64,000 bases of DNA from Octopus vulgaris (GCA_951406725.2 OX597822.1:40486001-40550000); one strand, 5' to 3'; positions 26,467 to 39,318 are shown, numbered from the stretch's first letter. Translations and numbers: made by a program. Notes: generated from the letters alone by a model not told the origin.

Positions 26467-27420
26467 ATGAAACACCACATAATACCACAATGGAACAAAT
26501 CACTCAGAGATAGAAAGTTCGCCTTTTGGAAGATGATCCAAAACAACAACAAAGCGGATATATACGAAAAATGGCTCAACCGGACCCCGTTAATCCTCCC
26601 ACGTAAATTCCAGTTCAAAGCTATTACAGAAGAACCTGAAACACAAAGACACCTCAGGGAGAGAATGGCACTGGAAAAAATGAAAATGGAAATAGAACTT
26701 CTGAAATTGAGGGCCCAAACGAATGAGGATAAAATAAAATCCACCGATGAAGATATCAACGAAGAAATTCGCAAAATGACCCAAGGCCCAGATCAAGAGA
26801 AGTTCTCCAAACTATGGAAAGAGGACTGTGAAAAAGAAGAACTAAAATCTCTCCAACGCTGGGAGAAAAGCGCCACTTGGTTCTCAGACTATGAAGCCGT
26901 CTTTCAAACAGAGCACGCCTCCAACAACCCTTTCCAGAAAATAAGAAAACCAAAACAACACCCAAACACCGATACACACCCGTCTAAAAATCGGAACCTT
27001 CACTACTATCAAAAAAAGAATACAGGACCTAACCCCAACTCTGTAAGCAGCCAGCGATACAATATCAGGAATACCCCCACTTCAAGCAGAGAAAGGATAA
27101 ATCAACACCCACAGCATAGACACTGCAACCTCATCCCCACCCAAAGGAGTTACCAACGAAATCTTCGTCCCATTAACCGGTTAAACAACCATGCACAACA
27201 AACCCACACCACTTGCAATGATTACCAACGAAGGCCTCCTAGAACACCACACCCGAATATGGGATATCGGGATGCTCTCCTCAATACTGCTCCAAGAACA
27301 CACACCACAAATCACAACAGGAGACCCCTAATCAACAAAGAACAACTATATACTAGCTACCGTCCCAACCACCGCATTCATTTTTTAGACCCAATACGCA
27401 AACACAGAGACACAAGATAG
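26467..27420 (+). CDS. PLE ORF1-like protein (helical/coiled-coil N-half, Asn/Arg/Pro/His-rich C-half); frame open from 26167
   Basis: 317-aa ORF inside the element upstream of RT. Charged heptad-like segment LRERMALEKMKMEIELLKLRAQ. No recognised domain. Confidence 0.7.
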   Translation: MKHHIIPQWNKSLRDRKFAFWKMIQNNNKADIYEKWLNRTPLILPRKFQFKAITEEPETQRHLRERMALEKMKMEIELLKLRAQTNEDKIKSTDEDINEEIRKMTQGPDQEKFSKLWKEDCEKEELKSLQRWEKSATWFSDYEAVFQTEHASNNPFQKIRKPKQHPNTDTHPSKNRNLHYYQKKNTGPNPNSVSSQRYNIRNTPTSSRERINQHPQHRHCNLIPTQRSYQRNLRPINRLNNHAQQTHTTCNDYQRRPPRTPHPNMGYRDALLNTAPRTHTTNHNRRPLINKEQLYTSYRPNHRIHFLDPIRKHRDTR

Positions 27421-27557
27421 CACCAAACAAGCAGGAGGAACCAAAAGTAATAAAAATTATTAATCTAACTCACAAGGAACTAACAGCAAACCAAATAAAC
27501 ATACTTTCCAAAGGACTCAAGTTTACACCCACCCCACAACACCCCAACTACAATGAA

Positions 27558-29711
27558 ATGAAAGAAGACATCGCAGAATTCTGCAGAAAATTAAGACTTA
27601 CTGAGGAGCTATACGATAAATACAACGAGGACGAATCGTTAGCCAGAAATAGGAGTAACTACACCCCCTCGAAAGGTAAGAATAAAACACTTGATGATTT
27701 CTGTGACCACATATCAAATTACCCATATCAACATATGCACAAACAAAAACACAAACCAAACTTCAGCAAAAAAGAATGGGCTGAGTTGAACAAATTAAAA
27801 CTAGATAAAACAATAACAATCAAAGAGGCCGATAAAGGGAGTGCTGTTGTCTTAATGGATACGACATTTTACATAACTTTGGTACTTTCTATGCTGGAAG
27901 ACACAACATACTATGAAAAGGCACAAAACTACAGTCAACAAAAAATAATGAGGGAACTAAAATCCATATTAAACCCATACAAAGCAGGGCTCACCGACAA
28001 AGAATATGATTATATGACCAATTTCACAAGTAAAACTAGCCAATTCTACGGTATACCTAAGATCCACAAAAGTGAAAAAATAAGCAACGCATGCAAGATA
28101 GCTACAGACAAAATAATTAAAGTCCCTAATCCTAATGACCTCAAATTGAGACCCATAATAGCAGGTCCCGCATGCGAAACCCACCGCCTCAGTAACTTTT
28201 TAGACACCCTGTTAAAACCACTCCTCAAACATGTCAAAAGCTATATAAGGGACGACTTAGATATGCTCAATCACCTACCGAATACTATAAACAAAAACAC
28301 CATACTGGTATCCTTCGATGTAGTCAACCTCTACTCCAATATCCCCCACAACCTAGGACTAGAGGCAATCCAATTCTGGCTAGAGAATCACGCCAACGAA
28401 CTACCACACCGCATCAAAAAAGAATTTGTGATAGAAGGGGTTAAATTCATCCTGGAAAATAACTTCTTCGCCTTCAATGACAACTTCTACCGACAAAAAT
28501 CGGGGACTGCGATGGGTACACGAATGGCCCCCTCCTTTGCCAACCTAGTCATAGGATACCTAGAGATCAGTCTGTATCGTAAGGTTCTAGAAAGATATGG
28601 CAGCCCTTTCTCCATCTACATAGAAAACAACTGGAAGAGATATCTAGATGACTGTTTCATCCTTTGGCATAAAAATATAGAAAAACTCATAGAATTCCAG
28701 AAAATTTTAAACGGACTGGACGTAAACATCCAATTCACGATGGAATATAGCCAACAACAACTCCCCTTCCTCGATATCCTCATTAAGAAAGCTAATAATA
28801 TAATAGAAACAGACATATACTATAAGCCTACAGACTCTAAGCAATATCTTCCATTCAATTCATGCCACCCCAGACACACCAGGATGAATATCCCCTTCAA
28901 TCTAGCAAAAAGGATATGCACTATAGTCTCTAACGCAAACACCAGAGACACACGACTACAAGAACTAAAAGATACCCTAATCACCAGGAACTATCCACCT
29001 TCACTTATTGACAAGTGCATTCAACGTGCCCTTCAACTTAACATCAAGGAACTGAGACATCCCAAATCAAAGAAAAACTTACAACCAAAAGCCTTACCAT
29101 ACATCTCCACACACAACCCTCTCAATAACGAAGCCTTCGACACCATCCTCCACAACATACCCCTCCTAAAAAAAGACCACAGAATGAACACAATCCTCCA
29201 AACACACACGATCATAAAAAGCAAAAGACAGCCTAGATCCATGAAAAGTCTCCTTACACAAGCCCGAATTCACTCTTCAACACAGAAGCCGACAGTAAAA
29301 AAATGTGGAAGACCCAATTGCGGGATATGCGACTATCTAATCGAGGGTTCGGAGTTCTCCTTCAAACAGGGACAACGGTTTACAGTGAAAAGCAACTTCA
29401 CATGTGCTTCGGAGAACCTAATATACTCACTAACCTGCTCCGGGTGTCAAGAGCAGTACATAGGCCAAACAAAAAATGGTTTGCGTAAACGAATGGCCCT
29501 GCACAGATCCCAGATAAAAATTCCCCAAAACAGAAAAATAGCTTTTAGCCAACACATAGATACTTGCGCCAACAAAAAAACACCAAACTTCAGAATTTTC
29601 CCCCTCTACCAATTTAGGGACGATACAACCTCGAGACAAAGAATAAGTAAAGAAAATCTCTTTATTACAAAATACAAGCCACTTCTTAACGGGTCTACGA
29701 CAAACAATTAA
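27558..29711 (+). CDS. PLE reverse transcriptase + C-terminal GIY-YIG endonuclease (frame open from 27357)
   Basis: ADKG, FYGIPKIHK, LRPII, SFDVVNLYSNI, GTAMG, RYLDD, LPFLD, YYKPT, SCHP motifs; CGRPNCGIC linker; NLIY..TC..C...YIGQT. The conserved INLTHKEL..ILSKGLKFTPTP motif lies upstream of the first Met. Confidence 0.95.
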   Translation: MKEDIAEFCRKLRLTEELYDKYNEDESLARNRSNYTPSKGKNKTLDDFCDHISNYPYQHMHKQKHKPNFSKKEWAELNKLKLDKTITIKEADKGSAVVLMDTTFYITLVLSMLEDTTYYEKAQNYSQQKIMRELKSILNPYKAGLTDKEYDYMTNFTSKTSQFYGIPKIHKSEKISNACKIATDKIIKVPNPNDLKLRPIIAGPACETHRLSNFLDTLLKPLLKHVKSYIRDDLDMLNHLPNTINKNTILVSFDVVNLYSNIPHNLGLEAIQFWLENHANELPHRIKKEFVIEGVKFILENNFFAFNDNFYRQKSGTAMGTRMAPSFANLVIGYLEISLYRKVLERYGSPFSIYIENNWKRYLDDCFILWHKNIEKLIEFQKILNGLDVNIQFTMEYSQQQLPFLDILIKKANNIIETDIYYKPTDSKQYLPFNSCHPRHTRMNIPFNLAKRICTIVSNANTRDTRLQELKDTLITRNYPPSLIDKCIQRALQLNIKELRHPKSKKNLQPKALPYISTHNPLNNEAFDTILHNIPLLKKDHRMNTILQTHTIIKSKRQPRSMKSLLTQARIHSSTQKPTVKKCGRPNCGICDYLIEGSEFSFKQGQRFTVKSNFTCASENLIYSLTCSGCQEQYIGQTKNGLRKRMALHRSQIKIPQNRKIAFSQHIDTCANKKTPNFRIFPLYQFRDDTTSRQRISKENLFITKYKPLLNGSTTNN

Positions 29712-30185
29712 TATACCTCAACTTTAGAATAAAAGAAAAAAATATATATACACACACAAATACTACACTCCATAGAATCCATTACTAATCAGCCCCTTCA
29801 TAGCTATATTTACACCCATTCATATTCTCCCTTCTCTGTTTTCTTCTTCTTCTTCTTCATCATCATCGTTATCATCATCATCGGCGTCATCATCATCACC
29901 ACCATCTTCTCCTTCTCCTTCTTCTTCTTCTTCTTCTTCTTCTTCTTCTTCTTCATCATCATCGTTATCATCATCATCGTCGTCATAATCATCACCACCA
30001 TCACCATCATCTTCTCCTTCTCCTTCTTCTTCTTCTTCTTCTTCTTCTTCTTCTTCTTCTTCTCCACCCCCTACCCCTTAAGTTTGTCACTAATGTTTTT
30101 TAGTATAACACCTACGCTAATTCTATAAACAATCCTGAATTGAACTGAGACTGCCAGCCGCCACTGACCATTCAAAATACGACCA

Positions 30186-31155
<970 letters not shown>

Positions 31156-31449
31156 ATATATGCTTTCGGTGCGAATGTTTCTTTTATTTCGACGCAGTGA
31201 TTTACAATCCTGTAAATAATAATAATGGTATTTTTATATAAGCTTAAAGCTTATGGCGACCACCGTGCAATGAATAAGAAAAAAAGGGTTCCGGTTAACA
31301 AAGGTATGTGGGTTCGGGTCCCACGTGAGCAGGAAAGCCTTCTTTTGTCCTGTCGAGGGCTTATATGCCCCTTTATTGCACTATTTTCCTTAGTCGTTGC
31401 ACGGTGATCGGCATAAGCTTTAAGCTTATATGTGTGTGTGTGTGTATAA

Positions 31450-31815
31450 GTCTAGTGCTTATTCTATCGGTCTTTTGCCAAATCGCTAAGTTACAGGAAC
31501 ATAAATACATCAACAACGGTTGTCAAGCGATGGTGGAGGACAAGCATAGACATAAAGACACACACACACAATTGTATGTATGCGTTCTGCCTTCTTTTCT
31601 TTATAAACAATATCTACGCATCACTTCAAAGATATGTGTGTGTGTGCGCGTGTGTAGATAACAGGCTTCTTTCAGTTTTCGTCTACCAAATCCACTCACA
31701 AGACTTTGGTTGTCCCGAGTGAAAGACATTTGCCCAAGGTGCCATGCAGTGGGACTGAATCCAGAACCATGTGGTTGGGAAGAAAGCTTCTTACCACACA
31801 GCCACACCTGCACCT
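31450..31815 (-). mobile_element. SINE family A, diverged
   Basis: Homology to the other copies. Confidence 0.75.
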
Positions 31816-32157
31816 ATGTAACATCCAAAAGTCTAGAGGTCTGCGAATACAACTGAAATTCAATAGAAAACGCAAACATTCAGGATATGCTGCATTGATT
31901 TACATATGTTCCAAAATTCATTGTTAAATTAAGAGGGTCCTACTTGGTGTTTGAGCAGTGCCAGTCAATAGCATTCCATGAATTTCATGGCGAAATAGTT
32001 TACGTGGGACGATATTAAGATGTTTTCTACAACCATTTTCCTCAATAACTAAGGTCCCTATGATAAAAAGGGATGTTTCCGTTTTTGACCAAACCACAGC
32101 TTTTCAATCTCCGTCTCTGTCTTTCAACTTAACCAATTTTTAAAAATCTAATATCTA

Positions 32158-32222
<65 letters not shown>

Positions 32223-32378
32223 GTCTGTCTGTCTGTCTGTCTGCCTGTCTGTCTGTCTGTCTATCTATCTATCTGTCTGTCTGTCTGTCTTTCTGTCTTT
32301 CTGTATATCTATCTATCTATCTATCTAATATATGTATATATATATATATATATATACATACATATATATGTCTATCTA

Positions 32379-32487
<109 letters not shown>

Positions 32488-32569
32488 TATATTCATATAT
32501 ATATATGCATAAATACATATACATATACATACATACATATGTGTGTGAGTGTGTGTGTGAAGGTATACT

Positions 32570-32890
32570 CATATCTATACATTTTCAGATCTTGCCAACG
32601 TTGTCCTTGACAATGATTTCTGGTCCATTTTTCTTGAATTTTCCGATCTGCGTTAACTGGAAAATCCCACCAAACTATTACCGTTTCTCTTTCCATGATT
32701 GGCTCTGGGTGGTACCCTTACCATTAGGGGAATGTTCTTATATCGTAAGGATCACAAATTTTCCGGAGTCAGTATTGACCTATTCTGCCATGGCGATTGT
32801 TATTTATTTGTTAACAGTATTAGAGAGCTTGATATGAAATAGCCAATTGCTTCTTCAGATTGGTTTCTGAATTCGTTCCCTTATCGTTCA
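32570..32890 (-). pseudogene. R4/Dong-like REL fragment
   Basis: [15 protein letters not shown] motif. Confidence 0.5.
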
Positions 32891-33077
32891 GTCTTTCCCC
32901 TATCCCTGTGCGTGCATGTGTGCGTGTCAGTGAGTTTGTGTGAGGTACTGTGGATAAACGTATAGATTTTAGGGGAAGTGGGGTCTGACCTAGTTGCCAA
33001 AGTAAATACTATACTCTGTGTTCGTATAAAGCATTTTCTTGGATCGTTATGCAACAGCAGTATATATAGATGAGTGT

Positions 33078-33154
<77 letters not shown>

Positions 33155-33604
33155 CGTGCGAGCAGGCAGGTGTGCGATGATGATGTAGTCTATCTGAACT
33201 GGAATGCTAATACTCAGTGAATATACGTTGTTAAATTGAACAAACAACTAGGACACACACCGTCGAAACTGGTGGAGGTCCCGTATGAATACAGCACATG
33301 AACGCTCTCACCTGGATATACCTGTATGCATAAATGCATACACGCATCCATACCTGCGTACATGCATACGTACGTACTTACATAAATATATGCACACATA
33401 GCTACATGCAGACACACATACATACCTGCATACATACATATTTGCATACGTACATACATGCATGCTTACAGACATGCACACATACATATATGCATGCATA
33501 CATACACATATAGATGCATACATGCATCCATGCATACACACATGCACACATGCTTACATACATACACGCTTACACACATGCATACCTGCATATATACATA
33601 TATG

Positions 33605-33635
<31 letters not shown>

Positions 33636-34159
33636 GCATACATATACACTTACCTATATGCACACATACATACCTACACACATAGACGCATACACGCGTA
33701 ATTAAATACATGCATATATACATATATACATACATACGTACACACACACGCATACATACATACATACATACATACATACATACATACATACATACATACA
33801 TACATACATACATACATACATGCATACGTGGATTCATGCATACATACCTACGTACACACGTACATACATGCATATTGAATCATAAGCGTATACTGAACAA
33901 TAAAGCTAAACACACACATACAGATACACAAAAATCCTGAGAGATGAAAATAAATGATAGAACACACATCTGCCACCCCATCTCTACTCAATCCACCGCT
34001 TCATCAATTCACATACACGTGCATTTCTACAAAACACACACACACATACACACACACGCGTATATATGCATACACAATCACACATGCACACATGCATCAT
34101 ACAATATGCAATAGCCTAACGCTTACATATTCATACAACCAAACTCACACACACACACA

Positions 34160-34194
<35 letters not shown>

Positions 34195-34620
34195 ACATAG
34201 CTCCATTTTATCTCCCTTTCTTCTTCCTCTCTGTTTCCCATATACATCTATACACACACACACGCACATACGCATGCGCATATGCATTTGGTAATTAAAC
34301 AGTTTTATCAAATTGAAATAATTAACTTTTGTCAAAAAATATTCTAATATTATCAGCTATCGATTCAATCAATAATAATGTTCGCTGTTTTTGTATTTGA
34401 AGCAGGAAATAATATTGTCTTTTGTATTTTGATGATTAATTACTGTCTACTGTAGAAACCAGTAGAGGTATCCATCCATGGGTGATTGCGGCACAGAGAT
34501 GTATGTTACAAGCTGACTTGGTACTGTCCATGTTTTCTCTGTGACAGTACAAGGAACTCTCGGTCGACCTGCTATAAATAGCACCCTACCTTGTTTAAAT
34601 GATAAATAAAAAAGTATATA

Positions 34621-34851
34621 CAGTAAGCCCTCGACTATCGCGGGTGTTACGTTCCAAAACCCACCGCGATAGGTGAAAATCCGCGAAGTAGAAACAGTAC
34701 TGTACTGTATATTTTGTTTTTATTATTTTTATAATTTGTGTTTATATTTATTTTATTACAAATGCAAAACACCACCACGGACTAATCGAATCGACGTAAG
34801 CTTAAATAATAAACCGCGATAGGTGAACCGCGATATGGCGAGGGATCACTG
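34621..34851. mobile_element. Tigger/pogo-like MITE
   Basis: TA-CAGTAAGCCCTCG...CGAGGGATCACTG-TA imperfect TIRs; internal CCGCGATAGGTGAA duplicated. Confidence 0.8.
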
Positions 34852-34862
34852 TAATCTATATA

Positions 34863-35935
34863 CTCTTTTACTCTTTTACTTGTTTCAGTCATGTAACTGT
34901 GGCCATGCTGGAGCATCGCCTTTAGTCGTGCAAATCGACCCCAGGACTCATTCTTTGTAAGCCTAGTACTTATTCTAGCGGTTTCTTTTGCCGAACCGCT
35001 AAGTTAATGAGACGTAAACACCAGCATCGGTTGTCAAGCGATGTTGGGCGGGGGGTATTTGGCAGAATCGTTAGTGAGTCGAACAAAATGCCTTTCCCAT
35101 ATATTAACCTACAGCTTGTCACATTCTGAGTTCTAATATCGTTGACGTCAATTTTGCCATTTATTCGGGCGCAGGAGTGGATGTGTGGTAAGTAGCTTGC
35201 TTACCAACCACATTGTCTTGGGTTCTGTGCCACTACGTGGCACCTTGGGCAAGTGTCTTCTACTATAGCCTCGGGCCGACCAAAGCCTTGTGAGTGGGTT
35301 TAGTTGACGGAAACTGAAAAGAAGCCCGTCGTATATATGTATATATATTTATATGTATGTATATGTTTGTGTGTCTGTGTTTGTCCCCCCCACCACCACC
35401 ACCAACATCGCTTGACAACCGATGCTGGTGTATTTACGCCTCCGTAACTTAGCGGTTCGGCAAAAGAGACCGATAGAATAAATACTAGGCTTCCAAAGAA
35501 TAAGTCCTGGGGTCGATTTGCTCCTCTAAAGGCAGTGCTCCAGAATGGCTGCAGTCAAATGACTGAAACTAGTAAAAGAGTATTCCGTCAAGGATGTCGG
35601 TAAAATAAAGTAGGCGTAGGCGTGGCTGTGTTGTAAGAAGCTTGCTTCTCAACCACATGGTTCCGGGTTCAGTTCCACTGAACTGTGTGAGATTTTGAGC
35701 AAGTGTCGTCTACTCAAGCCTCAGGCTGACAAAAGCCTTGTCTGTGGATTTTTATACGGAAACTGAAAAAAGCCCGTCGTATATGTATGTATGCGTGTTT
35801 TTGTCCCCCACCACCACTCGTTTGTTTACGTCCCGTAATTAAAGAGACCTAAAAAATAAGTACCAGGCATAAAAATGTTAGCACTGAAGTCGATTTGTTC
35901 AAAGCTGTACTCCAGCATGGCCACAGTCTAATGAT
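34863..35935. mobile_element. Cluster of SINEs (family A minus 3' half, family B head, two family A plus copies)
   Basis: Copies at ~34863-35050(-), ~35060-35165(+), ~35168-35580(+), ~35612-35935(+). Confidence 0.8.
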
Positions 35936-36302
35936 AAACAAATATACGATAAAAGATACCAGTCATTTTTCTAAGATCGATATTATCAACTCCTTTTCCC
36001 TCCGTTATATTTCATGTCTTCTAAGAATGTCAGGGAATCAATTATTTTCCCATAATACAAACGACATTAATTATGCTAATATATTATGCATGATCGTAAT
36101 GAAAACTTGGTCATCAATACAAATTAATCTTGGCTTAATGAAACTCAACGATAATGATCTCAATCAGGGATAAGCACATATTTGAGTCAAGATGGAAGAA
36201 TTTCCTGGTGAATCAAATATTCATTCTATACTTTTATCAAAATGACAGTTTCTAACTTATTTTTCTTTGCTGTATAATAAGAGGCATTATTTTTGGCGGT
36301 GT

Positions 36303-36630
36303 AAGGCGATGAGCTGGCAGGGTCGTTAGCACGCTGGATGAAATGCTTAGCGGTATTTCGTCTGCCGTTACGTTCTGAGTTCAAATTCCGCCGAGGTCGA
36401 CTTTGCCTTTCATCCTTTCGGGGTCGATAAATAAAGTACCAGTTATGCACTGGGGTCGATATAATCGACTTAATCCCTTTGTTTGTCCTTGTTTGTCCCC
36501 TCTATGTTTAGCCCCTTGTGGGCAATAAAGAAATAAGTATTTCGCCCGTCGCTACGTTCTGAGTTCAAATTCCGCCGAGGTCGACTTTGCTTTTCATCCT
36601 TTCGGGGTCGATAAATTAAGTACCAGTTGC
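36303..36630 (+). mobile_element. Dimeric SINE family B
   Basis: Same dimer structure. Confidence 0.8.
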
Positions 36631-36930
36631 AGTTCGGCTGGGATGTGTTACCTCACCCTCCATATTCACCAGATATTGCTCCTTCGGATTTCCACTTATT
36701 CAGGTCTCTGCAGAATAGTCTTAATTGAAATAATTTCAATTCGTTGGATGACGAAAAATGATACCTTGATGAACTCTTTGCCATGAAACTAACTCAATTC
36801 TGTGAAGAGGGTATTTTCAAGTTAAAGGAAAGACGAAGACGCATTGTGCAACAAAATTGTTCATATTTGGTTGATTAAAAATGTAATGGCAAGTATTTAT
36901 TGACCTTTTTCTTTCCTTTAAAAATCTGGT
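36628..36930 (+). pseudogene. mariner transposase C-terminal fragment
   Basis: GWDVLPHPPYSPDIAPSDFHLFRSL motif. Confidence 0.85.
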
Positions 36931-37355
36931 TCCTGACAGATTTGTCTGCTCTGTAAGGGATATTATCCCATATATACTGTTATATCAGTATTTTACGCGT
37001 TGAAAAAAATATATCTTTCTACTTACACTACAATACATTACAGCGCTTCAAAAATAAACTTAAGTTTGTTTACATATGACGTAATATATATATATATATA
37101 TGTATGTATATATATATATATATATATATCAATTAGTCAATTTAGGGTAGCAAAAAAATTCAATAGAAATTTATCGCTACCAGCGGCCTAGTGGAAAAGA
37201 GAAAATAGTCAACGACTAAATATATAAATATAACAATTTAGGAGTGACCTTGACAGGCCATTCGTCCACCAGAAAGAGCAGCCATAACTCACACCGCCAA
37301 GTAGTAGTAATTCAGAAATTAGGTGAAAATTTAAAAACATTTACCCTAATTCATC

Positions 37356-37453
37356 TTTTAGACGATGCATCGTTTCTGTGTCATTAATGATTAAATTAGC
37401 TTAATTAAATTAAATTAAGCTAATCTACCATAGGTTACACTTCATCAGTAAAA
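37356..37453 (-). ncRNA. Hammerhead ribozyme, family A unit 1
   Basis: Reverse complement of 38612-38709. Confidence 0.85.
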
Positions 37454-37832
37454 AACCTGGGAGAGACAAATATACACGAGGCGTCTGTATCGATGCCTCC
37501 GGAATATCTGTCTTAACATTTTCAAGACTGACGTATTCGCGCCAAACTTATCAGCAGTAAATATAAACTGCCGATTCAATCTCAGAATTATTCAGAAAAT
37601 TATCAATTAGTCAATTTAGGGTAGCAAAAAAAATTCAATAGAAATTTATCGCTACCAGCGGCCTAGTGGAAAAGAGAAAATAGTCAACGACTAAATATAT
37701 AAATATAACAATTTAGGAGTGACCTTAACAGGAACCATTCGTCCACCAGAAAGAGCAGCCATAACTCACACCGCCAAGTAGTAGTAATTCAGAAATTAGG
37801 TGAAAATTTAAAAACATTTACCCTAATTCATC

Positions 37833-37932
37833 TTTTAGACGATGCATCGTTTCTGTGTCATTAATGATTAAATTAGCTTAATTAAATTAAATTAAAGCTA
37901 ATCTACCATAAGGTTACACTTCATCAGTAAAA
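37833..37932 (-). ncRNA. Hammerhead ribozyme, family A unit 2
   Basis: Same motif with two single-A insertions in helix II. Confidence 0.8.
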
Positions 37933-38307
37933 AACCTGGGAGAGACAAATATACACGAGGCGTCTGTATCGATGCCTCCGGAATATCTGTCTTAACATTT
38001 TCAAGACTGACGTATTCGCGCCAAACTTATCAGCAGTAAATATAAACTGCCGATTCAATCTCAGAATTATTCAGAAAATTATCAATTAGTCAATTTAGGG
38101 TAGCAAAAAAATTCAATAGAAATTTATCGCTACCAGCGGCCTAGTGGAAAGAGAAAATAGTCAACGACTAAATATATAAATATAACAATTTAGGAGTGAC
38201 CTTAACAGGCCATTCGTCCACCAGAAAGAGCAGCCATAACTCACACCGCCAAGTAGTAGTAATTCAGAAATTAGGTGAAAATTTAAAAACATTTACCCTA
38301 ATTCATC

Positions 38308-38405
38308 TTTTAGACGATGCATCGTTTCTGTGTCATTAATGATTAAATTAGCTTAATTAAATTAAATTAAGCTAATCTACCATAGGTTACACTTCATCAG
38401 TAAAA
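38308..38405 (-). ncRNA. Hammerhead ribozyme, family A unit 3
   Basis: Reverse complement of 38612-38709. Confidence 0.85.
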
Positions 38406-38611
38406 AACCTGGGAGATAAATTTCTATTGAATTTTTTTGCTACCCTAAATTGACTAATTGATAATTTTCTGAATAATTCTGAGATTGAATCGGCAGTTTA
38501 TATTTACTGCTGATAAAGTTTGGCGCGAATACGTCAGTCTTGAAAATTTTAAGACAGATATTCCGGAAGGCATCGATACAGACGCCTCGTGTATATTTGT
38601 CTCTCCCAGGT

Positions 38612-38709
38612 TTTTACTGATGAAGTGTAACCTATGGTAGATTAGCTTAATTTAATTTAATTAAGCTAATTTAATCATTAATGACACAGAAACGATGCAT
38701 CGTCTAAAA
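38612..38709 (+). ncRNA. Type I hammerhead ribozyme with extended helix II (family A)
   Basis: tttta CTGATGA agtgt...attagcttaatt/aattaagctaat...acaca GAAA cgatgcatcg TC taaaa; helix III is the palindrome ACGATGCATCGT. Confidence 0.85.
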
Positions 38710-38831
38710 GATGAATTAGGGTAAATGTTTTTAAATTTTCACCTAATTTCTGAATTACTACCACTTGGCGGTGTGAGTTATGGCTGCTCTTTCTGGTGGA
38801 CGAATGGCCTGTTAAGGTCACTCCTAAATTG

Positions 38832-38891
<60 letters not shown>

Positions 38892-39261
38892 GAAATCAAT
38901 AGTAATACACGTTCTAATATAACGGTTGGCAATCCTATACGACATTATTCGAGTTGTTTCCCATTCGGGGCTGGCGGTGGAACTTCAATCACCTTGAATA
39001 AAGATGTATCGGATTATCAAGCTTTGGATTAGGATGCATACTATAATCGATTTAATATAAATCAATAAATGCTCTCATAAAATGATTCTAAGATACTTAT
39101 TCAGCAGAAAAATGCCTCCGAATATAATATGGAGAATATGCTCCTTAAAAAAATGTTAATGATAAACATCATTCTTTCCATTCTTCATTATTTTCTCTCT
39201 CCTTCTCTTTCTCTCTCTCTCTCTCATTATCTTTCACTCTCCCTATACATAAGTACATATG

Positions 39262-39284
39262 GTCGAAAGACGCCTGTTGTGTCC

Positions 39285-39318
<34 letters not shown>

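Larger units (their letters stand above)
37127..38837. mobile_element. Hammerhead-containing non-coding tandem element (retrozyme-like), family A: ~2.7 minus-strand units + inverted partial plus-strand unit
   Basis: Units start at 37127, 37601 and 38080 (474/479 bp). Inversion at 38415-38416. (TA)n on both flanks. One hammerhead per unit. Confidence 0.85.

Noticed and set aside
38560-38611. CCTCGT motif suggesting an HDV-like ribozyme
   Set aside because: I could not build the nested double pseudoknot; a simple hairpin explains the pairing.
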